A DNA stretch of 64,000 bases, from the NCBI GenBank assembly GCA_030699685.1, contig JAUYLJ010000054.1, positions 309 through 64,308 of the forward strand. The letters are read 5' to 3'. Source of the DNA: a bacterium. GTDB lineage: Bacteria > Patescibacteriota > Patescibacteriia > JAHIZJ01. The notes beneath the pieces are model-generated. The model saw only the letters and a program-made list of their open reading frames with translations, had not been told where the DNA came from and ran no database searches. Of the stretch, positions 27,132 to 36,552 are shown piece by piece (the stretch's first letter is position 1; every line of letters begins with the position of its first letter). Both the position numbers and the translations under genes were made by a program.

Positions 27132-27611
27132 TTATTTTCCAATTATCATCGTATATCTGCGTCCTTGGCGGGACAAAGCTTGTTCCGGCTTGGCATCCCC
27201 GATGCGTTCAATAAATTCTTTAAATTTCTTTTCCGCCAGCTCCTGGTGCTGCATTTCACGCCCTCGTAGCAGCATCTCCACTTTCACCTTATCGCCTCCA
27301 TCAAGGAATTTCTGCGCTTGGTCGACCCGGTGATCAAAATCGTGCTGGCCCATTTTCAGCGAAAGTCTGATTCCTTTCACCTCAACCTTTTTTTGCTTTG
27401 ACTTCGATTTGCGCTCGGCTTTTTCCTGGCGGTATTTAAACGCGCCAAAATCCATCAATCGGCAGACCGGGGGCTGAGCGTTGGGCGCGATCTCAACAAG
27501 ATCAACTCCTCTCTCTTCCGCCATCTTTAAAGCCTCCTGAGTGGAGACAATACCGAGCTGGGTTTGATTTTCGTCAATCAGTCTGACTTGCGGGACGCGA
27601 ATATAATGATT
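27132..27611 (-). CDS. infC: translation initiation factor IF-3 with non-AUG start (AUC/AUU/AUA run)
   Basis: Conserved IF3 N-domain RVPQVRLIDENQTQLGIVSTQEALKMAEERGVDLVEI lies upstream of the first in-frame ATG (27524), so the start must be one of the ATC-ATT-ATA codons at 27603-27611. Confidence 0.8.
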   Translation of the reverse strand, partial: NHYIRVPQVRLIDENQTQLGIVSTQEALKMAEERGVDLVEIAPNAQPPVCRLMDFGAFKYRQEKAERKSKSKQKKVEVKGIRLSLKMGQHDFDHRVDQAQKFLDGGDKVKVEMLLRGREMQHQELAEKKFKEFIERIGDAKPEQALSRQGRRYTMIIGK

Positions 27612-27712
27612 GACGCGGGTACGGTGCTTAGCGATTGTGGACTGATTAGTTTATTAACTTTGTTCTTTATTTAGGGGCGCCCTGTACCATTCGCTGCGCA
27701 CAGTTACAGGGA

Positions 27713-28103
27713 TGGTGGAGATGAGGGGACTTTCACCCCTGTCTGAACAGGTATTTGCCAGCCGTCTACCAATGTAGTCTATTTCTTTGAGTTCGGGCGT
27801 CAAGCATCAAAACAGACAAAAGTGCTTATCGTCCTAGTTTCCGGTTGCCCACGATGATCCTCGGAAACAGCCGGATCATCAGCCCTGAAATGAATGACAC
27901 CCGATGGCCCCCTATCAGGAGTCAGAGGATCGGATGGTTACCGCGATTTAGGCGGCAACAGGAGCGAGATTGAATGACGCAAAAGCGTTCTTCAATTTCG
28001 CGAAATTTGACTTGGCATTTGTCGATTTTCCAGCTTTTTACAGAGCTCTGGTCTCTGATTGGCTAGTTGGCAAAGGTGCTATCCGTCGATTTATAACATC
28101 CCC
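27713..28103 (-). ncRNA. ssrA: tmRNA (ssrA) downstream of smpB
   Basis: 5-prime GGGGAUGUUAUAAAUCGACGGAUAG resembles the tmRNA consensus GGGGCUGAUUCUGGAUUCGACGGGAU. The 3-prime ...AGGGG-UGAAAGU-CCCCU-CAUCUCC-A-CCA pairs with the 5-prime end and includes a G3-U70 wobble. A GUAAAAAGC element and an internal tag-like ORF GCG UCA UUC AAU CUC GCU CCU GUU GCC GCC UAA ((A)ASFNLAPVAA) are present. An ORF-free 390-nt span next to smpB fits a tmRNA. Confidence 0.78.
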
Positions 28104-28168
28104 ATGAATCTACTGCGCTGTTATCGCGGCAAATAACGTCGCTTGGCACCGCAACACATCCATGAGGA

Positions 28169-28621
28169 CTACCTACTTTGTTTCATTGCTCGTTGGATAT
28201 TGCGATCAACTTCACGTTTCTTGATTGATTCGCGCTTGTCAGCCTTGCGTTTTCCGCGGCCAACTCCAATTTTTACTTTAATGAAACTTCCTCGAGTATA
28301 CAAGGATAGCGGCACCAGTGTCAAGCCCTCAGTCAGGCGTTTCCCGATCAGGTTTTTGATTTGATCTGAGCGCAGGAGCAGCCGTCGTTCACGGTCAGGA
28401 TTGTAGTCAGTCTGAGCCCCTTTGGCTTTGGCATAAGGCGAGATATGGCAATTCATGAGGTAGGGGATTTCTTCACGGAGCGTGATATAGCTTCCTTTCA
28501 GATTGATCTGGCCTAGTTTTACGGATTTTACCTCGGCGCCGGATAATACGATCCCAGCCTCGATTTCGTCGAGAATTTCGTAATGAAAACGCACTTCTTT
28601 ATTGTTGGCTAAAGTTGGCAT
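28169..28621 (-). CDS. smpB: SsrA-binding protein SmpB
   Basis: 150 aa; GIVLSGAEVKS...LLLRSDQI and a basic C-terminal tail typical of SmpB. Confidence 0.9.
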   Translation of the reverse strand: MPTLANNKEVRFHYEILDEIEAGIVLSGAEVKSVKLGQINLKGSYITLREEIPYLMNCHISPYAKAKGAQTDYNPDRERRLLLRSDQIKNLIGKRLTEGLTLVPLSLYTRGSFIKVKIGVGRGKRKADKRESIKKREVDRNIQRAMKQSR

Positions 28622-28778
28622 AGGCGGGATCAGTGTATCATGGATGGTGGCAACTGGTAACTGGGAAAGGGAAATTGTTTATCTATGCATAATAGGTTGG
28701 AAACAGACCTTCCTTCCTGAATAATACGACATTCATATTGCATTAATTAGTATACGCTATAAATCGCTCGATTAAGAT

Positions 28779-28809
28779 AAAAAAAGGAGCTGAAATATTT
28801 TTCAGCTCC
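28779..28809 (-). terminator. intrinsic terminator (GGAGCTGAA-atattt-TTCAGCTCC, T7 on minus)
   Basis: 9-bp perfect stem overlapping the stop of 28802..29731, followed by TTTTTTT on the minus strand. Confidence 0.75.
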
Positions 28810-29731
28810 CAAGCCTATCCAGGCTTTTTTGCAGTTCGTCGACAAAGCGTTCTGTTCCAGACGGCAAGCCGACAACCTGGCGTTCCAGGTCACGGCATTG
28901 GACTTCGCGCCCGGAGCATTTCTCGATTTCCCGAAAAAGATCAATGCTGATTTCCAGGCAGGTACGGGAAAAGGAAACCAGATGGCTGTCGGGGATTGAA
29001 GCCCAGTCTCCAGGACGACCGAAGGGAAGGATGTAGGGGAAGCCAGCGTTTCCGTCATGCGCCAGACTGCGGCCGCAAAGTGGTGTGCCGGGGATAAAGT
29101 CGCGTTCGCAGACTTCATCGATGAGGTTTTTGTAGCAGACGGATGCCAATGTCCTGACCTGCTGTTGATGAACGCGTTTCCAGCCCTCGTCAATCCAGAT
29201 TCCGGCAATCATGGCCCGTACCCTGATCTTGTGTCTCTTCAGACCCTCGATCACCTGGCAGGCCTGACCACCCGAGAAGACCACATCGTCGACCAGTACG
29301 ACATCGGTGATGCCTTGCTGAGCCAGGGACTGGTACTGGATATCCAGAGCCGCTGAGCCGGCACGGTGGAAACTGCCGACATCATTTCCTTCCTGATTCA
29401 CGGACCGACTGACATCAATGTGATATTGGCTGGTCCAATGAGACCTGGTCATGGACACGATTGCCATGTTCCCGTAATCGATGAACTCGCAGTCCGGCGG
29501 AACCTCATCGATTGGAAATTCGATTTTGCCAACCAGACCACGAATGGTTGATGAGAGCTTCTCCGCGGAAATCCACTCCACGACGGGAAAGATTCGGCAT
29601 AAAGCGTCGAGCAGACCTTCCCGCTTCTCAGCGAAATGTTCCGTCGGAGGGATCGTGAATCCTTTTTCTTCTGCCCAGCGACCAAGAAGCAATTCGGCGT
29701 CGCCTGACACAACGTAGGGTGGATTACTCAT
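28802..29731 (-). CDS. type-I phosphoribosyltransferase (PRTase)-fold protein of unknown specificity
   Basis: PRPP-binding motif VVLVDDVVFSGGQACQVIEGL; ~200-aa extra N/C regions. Confidence 0.6.
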   Translation of the reverse strand: MSNPPYVVSGDAELLLGRWAEEKGFTIPPTEHFAEKREGLLDALCRIFPVVEWISAEKLSSTIRGLVGKIEFPIDEVPPDCEFIDYGNMAIVSMTRSHWTSQYHIDVSRSVNQEGNDVGSFHRAGSAALDIQYQSLAQQGITDVVLVDDVVFSGGQACQVIEGLKRHKIRVRAMIAGIWIDEGWKRVHQQQVRTLASVCYKNLIDEVCERDFIPGTPLCGRSLAHDGNAGFPYILPFGRPGDWASIPDSHLVSFSRTCLEISIDLFREIEKCSGREVQCRDLERQVVGLPSGTERFVDELQKSLDRLGS

Positions 29732-30279
29732 TCGAAAGCTCCTTTCAGTAGATACCAGTACTCGTGAAGTACATCAGGCTTTAAACTACATGGCACCGTA
29801 ATTCCGGATCGCAGGAAACCCATCGCGTGATTCATCCTGATCATTGACGTATTGTCGTTTCTGATTCTCGTCAGGAAAAGTACCGAGTTTTTTGAAACGC
29901 AATGCTCGATCATCTTTTGTCGCAGCTGATGACCGATTCCTTGACCTTGTCGGTCCGGAAGAACGATCAGATCGCGAATCCAGACCAGTGTGGTGTTCCG
30001 CTCCAGGTGACGAACGGCGAATGCGGCTAGGGCTGTTCCGCGCTCGTTCTTCAGTTCCGAGATTGCCGGCGAATCCCACCAGATTGCTCCAACCAGGCGG
30101 TGGTCTTGCGTGGCAACCAAACAGTGAAATCCCCGGCGGCGCGTGGTCTCCACCCAGCGGGTGGCCGCTTCGGCAAAAGATAGTTCCTCAAACCATGGGT
30201 GACAGGCGAACGCTTCAACAATGCCTGTACAGATGTTGTGCGAATGCCGGAATCTGGCTCGACTGATATGCAATGGCAT
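29728..30279 (-). CDS. GNAT-family N-acetyltransferase
   Basis: VLPDRQGQGIGHQL acetyl-CoA binding motif; 4-nt overlap with the downstream PRTase gene. Confidence 0.75.
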   Translation of the reverse strand: MPLHISRARFRHSHNICTGIVEAFACHPWFEELSFAEAATRWVETTRRRGFHCLVATQDHRLVGAIWWDSPAISELKNERGTALAAFAVRHLERNTTLVWIRDLIVLPDRQGQGIGHQLRQKMIEHCVSKNSVLFLTRIRNDNTSMIRMNHAMGFLRSGITVPCSLKPDVLHEYWYLLKGAFE

Positions 30280-30445
30280 ACCCGTTTTCCTTTCTACGAA
30301 ATTGTTTAAAGGTCGATCCTTTCCTCGAAAAGAAAATCCCTTCTCGGAAGGGATTGACCGTTTTTGTGAACAAGCACAACCAATCTCTTCCTAAAAGAGC
30401 CGGTTGTGATGGTGTAATAGGTAAAATGAAAGTAAGGTCATGTGG

Positions 30446-31750
30446 TTAGTACTGAAATACGTTTTCAAGCTCTACCCGTTTCAGGGCATAGCACCAGTAG
30501 TCGGCATACTGACCGACGATAAAAGGGTACAGTATTTGGCCGTTAATGCTCGTTTTTTGAAAATCTTTCAATTGACGCGCTTCTTCAGGTGAGATGAATT
30601 CCTTTTCCACGCGGCCGTAGACTTGGAAAATGTTCTTTTCTCTCATCATGTTCAGAGTCGGCCTGATTCCTTGACTGACGATCTGATAAACGACTCGATA
30701 CAATTCTTGCTGGACTGCGGGATCGTTTTTCGGGCCGGCCTCAATTTCTACACCGCAAGGGACGAATCTGGTAATCGGACCACGGGCGGCCGATCGTTTC
30801 GACGACCAGATCACAATGTTTTTGACAGGCAACGCAGCGGCCAGAAGGAGGTTTTCAAGCGTCGGGTTGGTTACAATCGTGACGATTCCGGTCTTGGCAC
30901 CGGTGCCGTGCAGGTCGATGACGTAGCGGTAGTTTTGTGACGCCGATACCAGTTCGGCAGCCCGGCGTTCTTCGTAAGCTGGAGAGTTTTTGTCACCGGG
31001 TGCCGAACGGTTTAAGTCGGTGTCAACATATCGGGTGTTATTTTTCACGGCGCGTTCATTACCGATAAGCCAATCGTAATTAATGTTTTGAGTCTCTTGA
31101 CTGACTCGCCGTAATACCTCGGCACCGATAGTTTCATTGCCGTGTGTCGCGGCAATCAGAAGAATTTCTTTTGGGCGCTGGTCTCGAGTTCGGATCAGAG
31201 CCAGTGCCATGGTGACTGCCCGGGCTGGATCGGTCACCGTTTGAATCTTGAAGCGTTTCCGAGAATCAAGATAGTAGCCGGCCAATGAATCGCTCCAGCC
31301 GCCGCTGCCTTTGAGCGCGACCACCGGAATGCCGGCTTGATACGCGATCGTAATTTCGTTGAGCGTCCCGGAGCCCCCACCGATACTAATCACCACGTCG
31401 CAGCTTAAAACCAGCGGCAGTTCGCGCCCGCCACCACGCTCCATGCCGGTGGCTATGATTACATCCGCGTTTGACTCAGCCACGGTTAAGCCTTTCCCGT
31501 ACGTAACCCCGACCGTGAGACCTCCGGCCTTTTTTGCTCCACGGCAAGCCGCTGACGATAAGGAGTCGTAATCTTTTTCAGCGCCAAAGACAAGCGTGGC
31601 ACCATTTTTGGCGATTTCTTCTCCGATTGATTCCGCCAGCGATTCAATCTTTTTCGAATATTGGATATCGCCCATAGTACCAATGACGCCGATTTGAGGA
31701 GTGCGAGGATTGGTTGATTTGTTGGTGAGTGAATTAGTAAATTGTTTCAT
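30446..31750 (-). CDS. fusion protein: LOG/TIGR00725-like (SLOG) Rossmann domain + succinylglutamate desuccinylase/aspartoacylase (AstE/AspA) family domain
   Basis: N-terminal GVIGTMG...ISIGGGSGTLNEITIAYQAGIPVVAL (LOG-like PGGxGT); C-terminal ATHGNETIG...DLHGTG zinc-hydrolase motifs. Confidence 0.5.
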   Translation of the reverse strand: MKQFTNSLTNKSTNPRTPQIGVIGTMGDIQYSKKIESLAESIGEEIAKNGATLVFGAEKDYDSLSSAACRGAKKAGGLTVGVTYGKGLTVAESNADVIIATGMERGGGRELPLVLSCDVVISIGGGSGTLNEITIAYQAGIPVVALKGSGGWSDSLAGYYLDSRKRFKIQTVTDPARAVTMALALIRTRDQRPKEILLIAATHGNETIGAEVLRRVSQETQNINYDWLIGNERAVKNNTRYVDTDLNRSAPGDKNSPAYEERRAAELVSASQNYRYVIDLHGTGAKTGIVTIVTNPTLENLLLAAALPVKNIVIWSSKRSAARGPITRFVPCGVEIEAGPKNDPAVQQELYRVVYQIVSQGIRPTLNMMREKNIFQVYGRVEKEFISPEEARQLKDFQKTSINGQILYPFIVGQYADYWCYALKRVELENVFQY

Positions 31751-31857
31751 TGTGTCAGTGATTAGTAGCTTAGTAATTCAGAGCTGTGCATTATCCATTT
31801 TCAAAACCACCCTCTCTCTTCCGAGAAGGTAGTGGACGGCTTATTGTGACAATAAGA

Positions 31858-32202
31858 CTACTTCTTCCCGGAAGAAAGAGGACGGTGATGCAGTCGATGC
31901 AGCATGAGTCGATAGCCGCCTAAGCCACGATTAAGCCAGCGCGAGATTCGCGCCACGGTAGTTGAGCTTAAGCCTGTTTTCTTGACTATTTCCGAGTAGG
32001 GCACTTCGATATCAAGCATTTTCGCGGCTTGCCAGCGTTTGGCGAATTCGATAATTTCGGCTTCAGTCAAAAGATCTCTGAAAAAACGCTTGGTTTCGTC
32101 CAGATTGCGAAGAGCCAGGATCGTTTTCCAAAGCTCATCGGATTGTTTTGTGTCCCATTTGGCCATAGTTCTTACTTTATCGTAGTAAAGTACTTTAGTC
32201 AA
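31858..32202 (-). CDS. YerC/YecD-family TrpR-like DNA-binding protein
   Basis: ILALRNLDETKRFFRDLLTEAEI...VPYSEIVKKTGLSSTTVARISRWLNRG matches the YerC family. Confidence 0.65.
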   Translation of the reverse strand: MTKVLYYDKVRTMAKWDTKQSDELWKTILALRNLDETKRFFRDLLTEAEIIEFAKRWQAAKMLDIEVPYSEIVKKTGLSSTTVARISRWLNRGLGGYRLMLHRLHHRPLSSGKK

Positions 32203-32452
32203 GTAAAGTATATATCAATTCATAATCCTGTCAAGTGGATAACCCGTCTTGACCGGGAAATCAAAACAGGATACGGTGTTTTCATGCAAGAGACGCAAAA
32301 ACAACACCATAGTCTTTCTCAGAACCGGAATTTTGCCGGCTACTGGTTTTATGGCTTTTCTTATGAAAGCCGGTTTTTGCGTTAAGTAGTCACCAAGACA
32401 TTGACGAAGAAAACTGGCTCCGGCCAGTTTTTTAGTAATTATTTTCTTCAAC

Positions 32453-33382
32453 ATGAAATCACGCAACATAGCAATCGCTGACCTGGGTGGACATGACTTG
32501 TCCCTGCCTATGATTGAACACGGCTCCGGCCGCCCGGAAGTGCTAATTATCAACAATCTTCATGGCAATGAAATAACGGGCTTTTACGTTCTGGATGCCT
32601 TACTCCGTGAATTGCCTAACTCGATTCAGGGCCGGCTCAGGATTATCCCTTGCGCCAATCTATTAGGTTTGGTGGCAAAACAGCGCGCAAATCCGCTTGA
32701 CGGGGCCGATCTGAACAGAGGATTCCCTCCATCGGACAAAGAGCGCGGCGTCCAAGCAGCCATAAAAAGAGTCTTGTTAGAACTGTCGGGTTCAGCCCAA
32801 GTGTTGATCGATCTTCATACTTTCACGCGCCCATCCTTAAGCGCCGTGTTACGTTTGCCGCACCCTCCCAAGCAATCCCGGACATTGGAACGATGCTTGG
32901 CTGTTCTCAACGTGGAAACAGTGATCGACATACCCGACAACTTCGAGGAAAGACCGGTCCAGAGCGCGCTGGGATTTGCTTTGGTCCAAAAAGGAGTAAC
33001 TGTTATTCCGATTGAATTTCCTCCCGCTCATTGCGTAAAGGATAATGCTGAAATTGAATCATTTGCCGCCGGACTTCTGAGCGCGCTGGCTGAACTGGGT
33101 CTGATGAAAAAGATCGTCAAAAGAGAACAACATGTACCGCCATCGTTCCTTCGTCAGCAGGTGATCTCGGACGCGAGCGGATTGTTTTTACCGACAGCGA
33201 CATTGCGGCAAAGCGTGATGGTTGGAGATGTCTTAGGCTTCCTCATTCACCCGCGCAGTGTCACCAAGACGCCGGTAGTGTCGCCGTACAGAGGAATGTT
33301 GTTTGAATTAGCCCAGAGGCAGATGATCGTGTTTGGCGACAAAATAGCAACAGTGGCTCGATCATCAGGCTCAAAAGCTTAA
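32453..33382 (+). CDS. AstE/AspA-family zinc deacylase (succinylglutamate desuccinylase/aspartoacylase-like)
   Basis: LIINNLHGNEITG, DLNRGFP and LIDLHTF zinc-ligand motifs. Confidence 0.6.
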   Translation: MKSRNIAIADLGGHDLSLPMIEHGSGRPEVLIINNLHGNEITGFYVLDALLRELPNSIQGRLRIIPCANLLGLVAKQRANPLDGADLNRGFPPSDKERGVQAAIKRVLLELSGSAQVLIDLHTFTRPSLSAVLRLPHPPKQSRTLERCLAVLNVETVIDIPDNFEERPVQSALGFALVQKGVTVIPIEFPPAHCVKDNAEIESFAAGLLSALAELGLMKKIVKREQHVPPSFLRQQVISDASGLFLPTATLRQSVMVGDVLGFLIHPRSVTKTPVVSPYRGMLFELAQRQMIVFGDKIATVARSSGSKA

Positions 33383-33451
33383 AGCAGGGAGAGATCTTTC
33401 ACAACTCAACGATACCAAAGGCGTATTGTCCATGAAGGGAAAAAGCTTGTC

Positions 33452-34696
33452 ATGACCGCACAGAGTTTTCGATATGAGGTGGCTGGTGAGGAAGAGCACG
33501 GGAACGGGCTGGGATTCGGTGTCCTGCCCTCGGCCGTGCCCTTGAAACCAGACGAATGGGCCCGACTTGAAGAACTGGGACGTTTGAGCTACTCCGTTCT
33601 CAAGAAAGGTAACGCGCTGCTCGCCGAGTCGATTGAACGTCCTCAACAAGCGACTGACTGGCTGGCCAGGCTTTTCCTCGCTTCCGTCTCTCCAGAGCAC
33701 CGGTCGCTGGCCGCTCAGCTGTCTGTTGAAGCCAGTCACCGTTCCGCGCCCTTCGTACGGATGTTTCGCCTCGACGTGTTGCCGGATTTCACTGTTTCGG
33801 AGATTCAGTGTCCTGGAAGTGGCTGGCCTTTTGGCCTCAAATTGGAAGAGCTGTACCTGATCGCTGCAGATCAATCACCGACGCTGTCCGCGTACGCGCG
33901 GTGGATCGGCGGCAACCGCGCCGTTTGGTGGCTCTACAATGAGAGTTTTTCCGGAGCGGTGTCCCATATGGTCAGTCGCTGTCGTTCGGTCGGTTTGGAC
34001 GTCCTTTGCCAATCGGATGGTGAATTCAGCCCGGAAGACACGGCCGTGTCAGCTATCATCAAAAGGCCGCCATTGCCCGATCTCCTTTCCCGTCCTGCCG
34101 GCAGAAAGCTGGCTGAACGATGGCTCGAGGGCCGGGTGGAAATCGACCCCATGCCGTGCCAAGTGCCTGAGACGAAGTTCCTTCTCGCTTTGCTGCATGA
34201 TCCGCGCACGAGGGATCGTTTTACCGATGAGGAAAGGAGCCTGGCCAATCCAACCCATCTGATTGTTTCAGCCGATCAGCCAGTCGAGGTTCGGAACGGA
34301 AACGGACTGGTCACGGTTCCGTTCAGCCGCCTCGCCGAAATGAAAGCGCATTGCGTGGTGAAGTACGGTGGTGCCAGAGCCTGGGATCGTTTCGGCGGCC
34401 ACGCGGTCTACTGCTTGGCCAAAGAGAAGCCTCGAGATCGGCGGGCGGTCCTCGCGAGGGCGCTTCAAGAATGGCATCATGACGAAGAGGGCTGGATCCT
34501 CCAGCCGGCCGTGCTGGAAAAACGGCTATTTCCAGGAGGCGAGGCCAACGAGTACTTTGTTTGGCGTCCGGGATACTCCGTCAGCCAATCCGGTGAAGTG
34601 AGTCTGGTAAACGCGCAGATCAACACCCGTCCTAGCTGGAAAGTGCACGGCGCCACCGATAGCCGATTCGGATTGGGAGCTCTTTTTGGATCGTGA
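33452..34696 (+). CDS. hypothetical ATP-grasp-like protein (GC-rich gene)
   Basis: HCVVKYGGARAWDRFGGHAVY resembles the ATP-grasp VVKP...GG strand; C-terminal LVNAQINTRPSW resembles the E-x-N Mg loop with Q in place of E. GC is visibly higher than in neighbouring genes. Confidence 0.35.
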   Translation: MTAQSFRYEVAGEEEHGNGLGFGVLPSAVPLKPDEWARLEELGRLSYSVLKKGNALLAESIERPQQATDWLARLFLASVSPEHRSLAAQLSVEASHRSAPFVRMFRLDVLPDFTVSEIQCPGSGWPFGLKLEELYLIAADQSPTLSAYARWIGGNRAVWWLYNESFSGAVSHMVSRCRSVGLDVLCQSDGEFSPEDTAVSAIIKRPPLPDLLSRPAGRKLAERWLEGRVEIDPMPCQVPETKFLLALLHDPRTRDRFTDEERSLANPTHLIVSADQPVEVRNGNGLVTVPFSRLAEMKAHCVVKYGGARAWDRFGGHAVYCLAKEKPRDRRAVLARALQEWHHDEEGWILQPAVLEKRLFPGGEANEYFVWRPGYSVSQSGEVSLVNAQINTRPSWKVHGATDSRFGLGALFGS

Positions 34697-34769
34697 TTGA
34701 GGGAGTGGAATTTTCCACTCCTTTTATTTATCAATTGAAATTCCCGTGCACATCGGATATACTTGCCGT

Positions 34770-36419
34770 ATGCTGAAGCAGGAAATAGCTAAACAACTCG
34801 AACGAGTCAGCCGCGAACTCTGGCCCGAATATTCCTCGTCCCTATCGGGAGATTTTTTTATTCGGATGGTGGAATTCACCAAAGATGACAAGTACGGTGA
34901 CGTAACCAGCACGCTGGCTCTGCAACTGGCAAAAGAACTCAAAAGCAATCCGGCCGACGTCGCCGAGAAAATCATTGAGAACCTCAGCCAGAGCTTCCGA
35001 TCGCGCTTCAGTAAAATAGAAACCGTCATGCCGGGTTTCATTAACTTCACTCTGAGCAAGAAATGGTTGACACGACAAGCTGGGCTGATCGCGAACGACA
35101 GCCACTATGGCAAGAACGAAAAAAACGTCAATGAAAAAGTCCAAATTGAATTTATCTCTGCTAATCCCACCGGGCCGATTCACGTCGGCAACGGCCGGGG
35201 AGCCTTTTTGGGAGATACCCTGGCCAGGGTGCTGAGCAGCCAGGGGGCGACCGTGCGGAAAGAATATTATGTAAACGACGCCGGCAACCAAGTCGAATTA
35301 TTAGCTGAATCAGTCATCCGGCGCTATTTTCAGCAGAATGGGCTGTCTGTTGACTATCCTGAGCGTTGTTACCAGGGGGACTATGTCAAGGATTTGGCCA
35401 AGAAAATGCAGCTCGGGAATGTTCGCCTGAATGATATCAACCGAATCAAGCGTCGCGTCAAAACTAAAGTGCTCAAAATGATGGTAGCCGAGCTGGAAAA
35501 AACCGCCAATGAAGTCCTTGGGGTAAAATTCCATCGATGGTTCCATGAAAGTGAGTTGTACGCGGACGGAACCGTTGCCTCTGTGCTCCAGGAATTGAGG
35601 GAGCGGGATTTAGTCCATGAGGAAGGCGGCGCGACTTGGGTGAAGACTAGCCAGTTCGGAGATGAGAAAGATAGAGTGATTATCAAATCGAATAAAGAGT
35701 ACACGTATTTCGTTTCGGACATTGCCTATCATTGGAATAAATTTGTCTCCAGAAAGTTCGACCGGGTGATAAATATCTGGGGCGCTGACCACCAGGGGCA
35801 TGTGGCGAGAATGCAGGCGGTGAAGCAGGGCTTAGGGCTACCGGGCCAGCTTGATATCATTATTGTCCAGCTGGTGAGGCTCGTATCGGGAGGCAAGGAA
35901 GTGCGCATGTCCAAACGATCGGGGACCTTTGTCACTCTTGCGGAGCTGGTGGAAGACGTGGGACTCGACGTGGCGCGTTTTTTCTTCTTGATGCGAGCGG
36001 CCGATACGCACATGGATTTCGACGTTGACCTAGCCAAGGAAAAGTCTGAGAAAAACCCCGTCTATTACGTGCAGTATGCTCACGCTCGGATTTGTAGTAT
36101 ACTGAAACAGCCTGAGTTACGCCGCATACAGTCGTCTCACGCAAATGAGCAATTTGACCATCAGGCTGAAATCGCGCTTATTCGCGAGCTGATCAAATTT
36201 CCAGATCTGCTGGCTGACCTGAGCCAGACCTACGAAATACAAAGACTTCCTTTCTATACCGTACGCCTGGCTGAACTCTTCCACGCTTTCTATGTCCATT
36301 GCCGGGTGATAGACGGAGAAAACGTTCATCTCGCCAGGCTGGATCTGGTCAAGGCAACCCGTAATGTCCTGCGAATGGCGCTCAAATTGATGGGAGTGAC
36401 GGCGCCGAACAGCATGTAG
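34770..36419 (+). CDS. argS: arginine-tRNA ligase
   Basis: HIGH-class motif HVGNGRGAFLGD, anticodon-binding DALR region, KMSK-like RMSKRSG; alternative upstream start at 34746. Confidence 0.9.
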   Translation: MLKQEIAKQLERVSRELWPEYSSSLSGDFFIRMVEFTKDDKYGDVTSTLALQLAKELKSNPADVAEKIIENLSQSFRSRFSKIETVMPGFINFTLSKKWLTRQAGLIANDSHYGKNEKNVNEKVQIEFISANPTGPIHVGNGRGAFLGDTLARVLSSQGATVRKEYYVNDAGNQVELLAESVIRRYFQQNGLSVDYPERCYQGDYVKDLAKKMQLGNVRLNDINRIKRRVKTKVLKMMVAELEKTANEVLGVKFHRWFHESELYADGTVASVLQELRERDLVHEEGGATWVKTSQFGDEKDRVIIKSNKEYTYFVSDIAYHWNKFVSRKFDRVINIWGADHQGHVARMQAVKQGLGLPGQLDIIIVQLVRLVSGGKEVRMSKRSGTFVTLAELVEDVGLDVARFFFLMRAADTHMDFDVDLAKEKSEKNPVYYVQYAHARICSILKQPELRRIQSSHANEQFDHQAEIALIRELIKFPDLLADLSQTYEIQRLPFYTVRLAELFHAFYVHCRVIDGENVHLARLDLVKATRNVLRMALKLMGVTAPNSM

Positions 36420-36552
36420 AAAGCAAGCAACAAATAATAAGTAACAAGTAAGAAGTTAAGAGATGGGGGGATACTTAACATCAACACAGTGAAACGCGCT
36501 ACTTGTTATTTTTTATTTGTTAATTCTTACTTCTTAATTATTAATAAATTGT

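Noticed and set aside
27640-28168. RNase P RNA as an alternative explanation for the ORF-free region next to smpB
   Set aside because: A GUGAAAGUCC segment resembles the P4 strand, but the matching 3-prime P4 strand and other RNase P landmarks are absent. The tRNA-like ends, tag ORF and smpB adjacency fit tmRNA better.
36421-36552. Apparent inverted repeats flanking a 45-bp core between argS and the glycosyltransferase gene (possible MITE or terminator)
   Set aside because: On alignment the arms are just AT-rich low-complexity taag/aagt repeats in scrambled order. No clean stem or target-site duplication.
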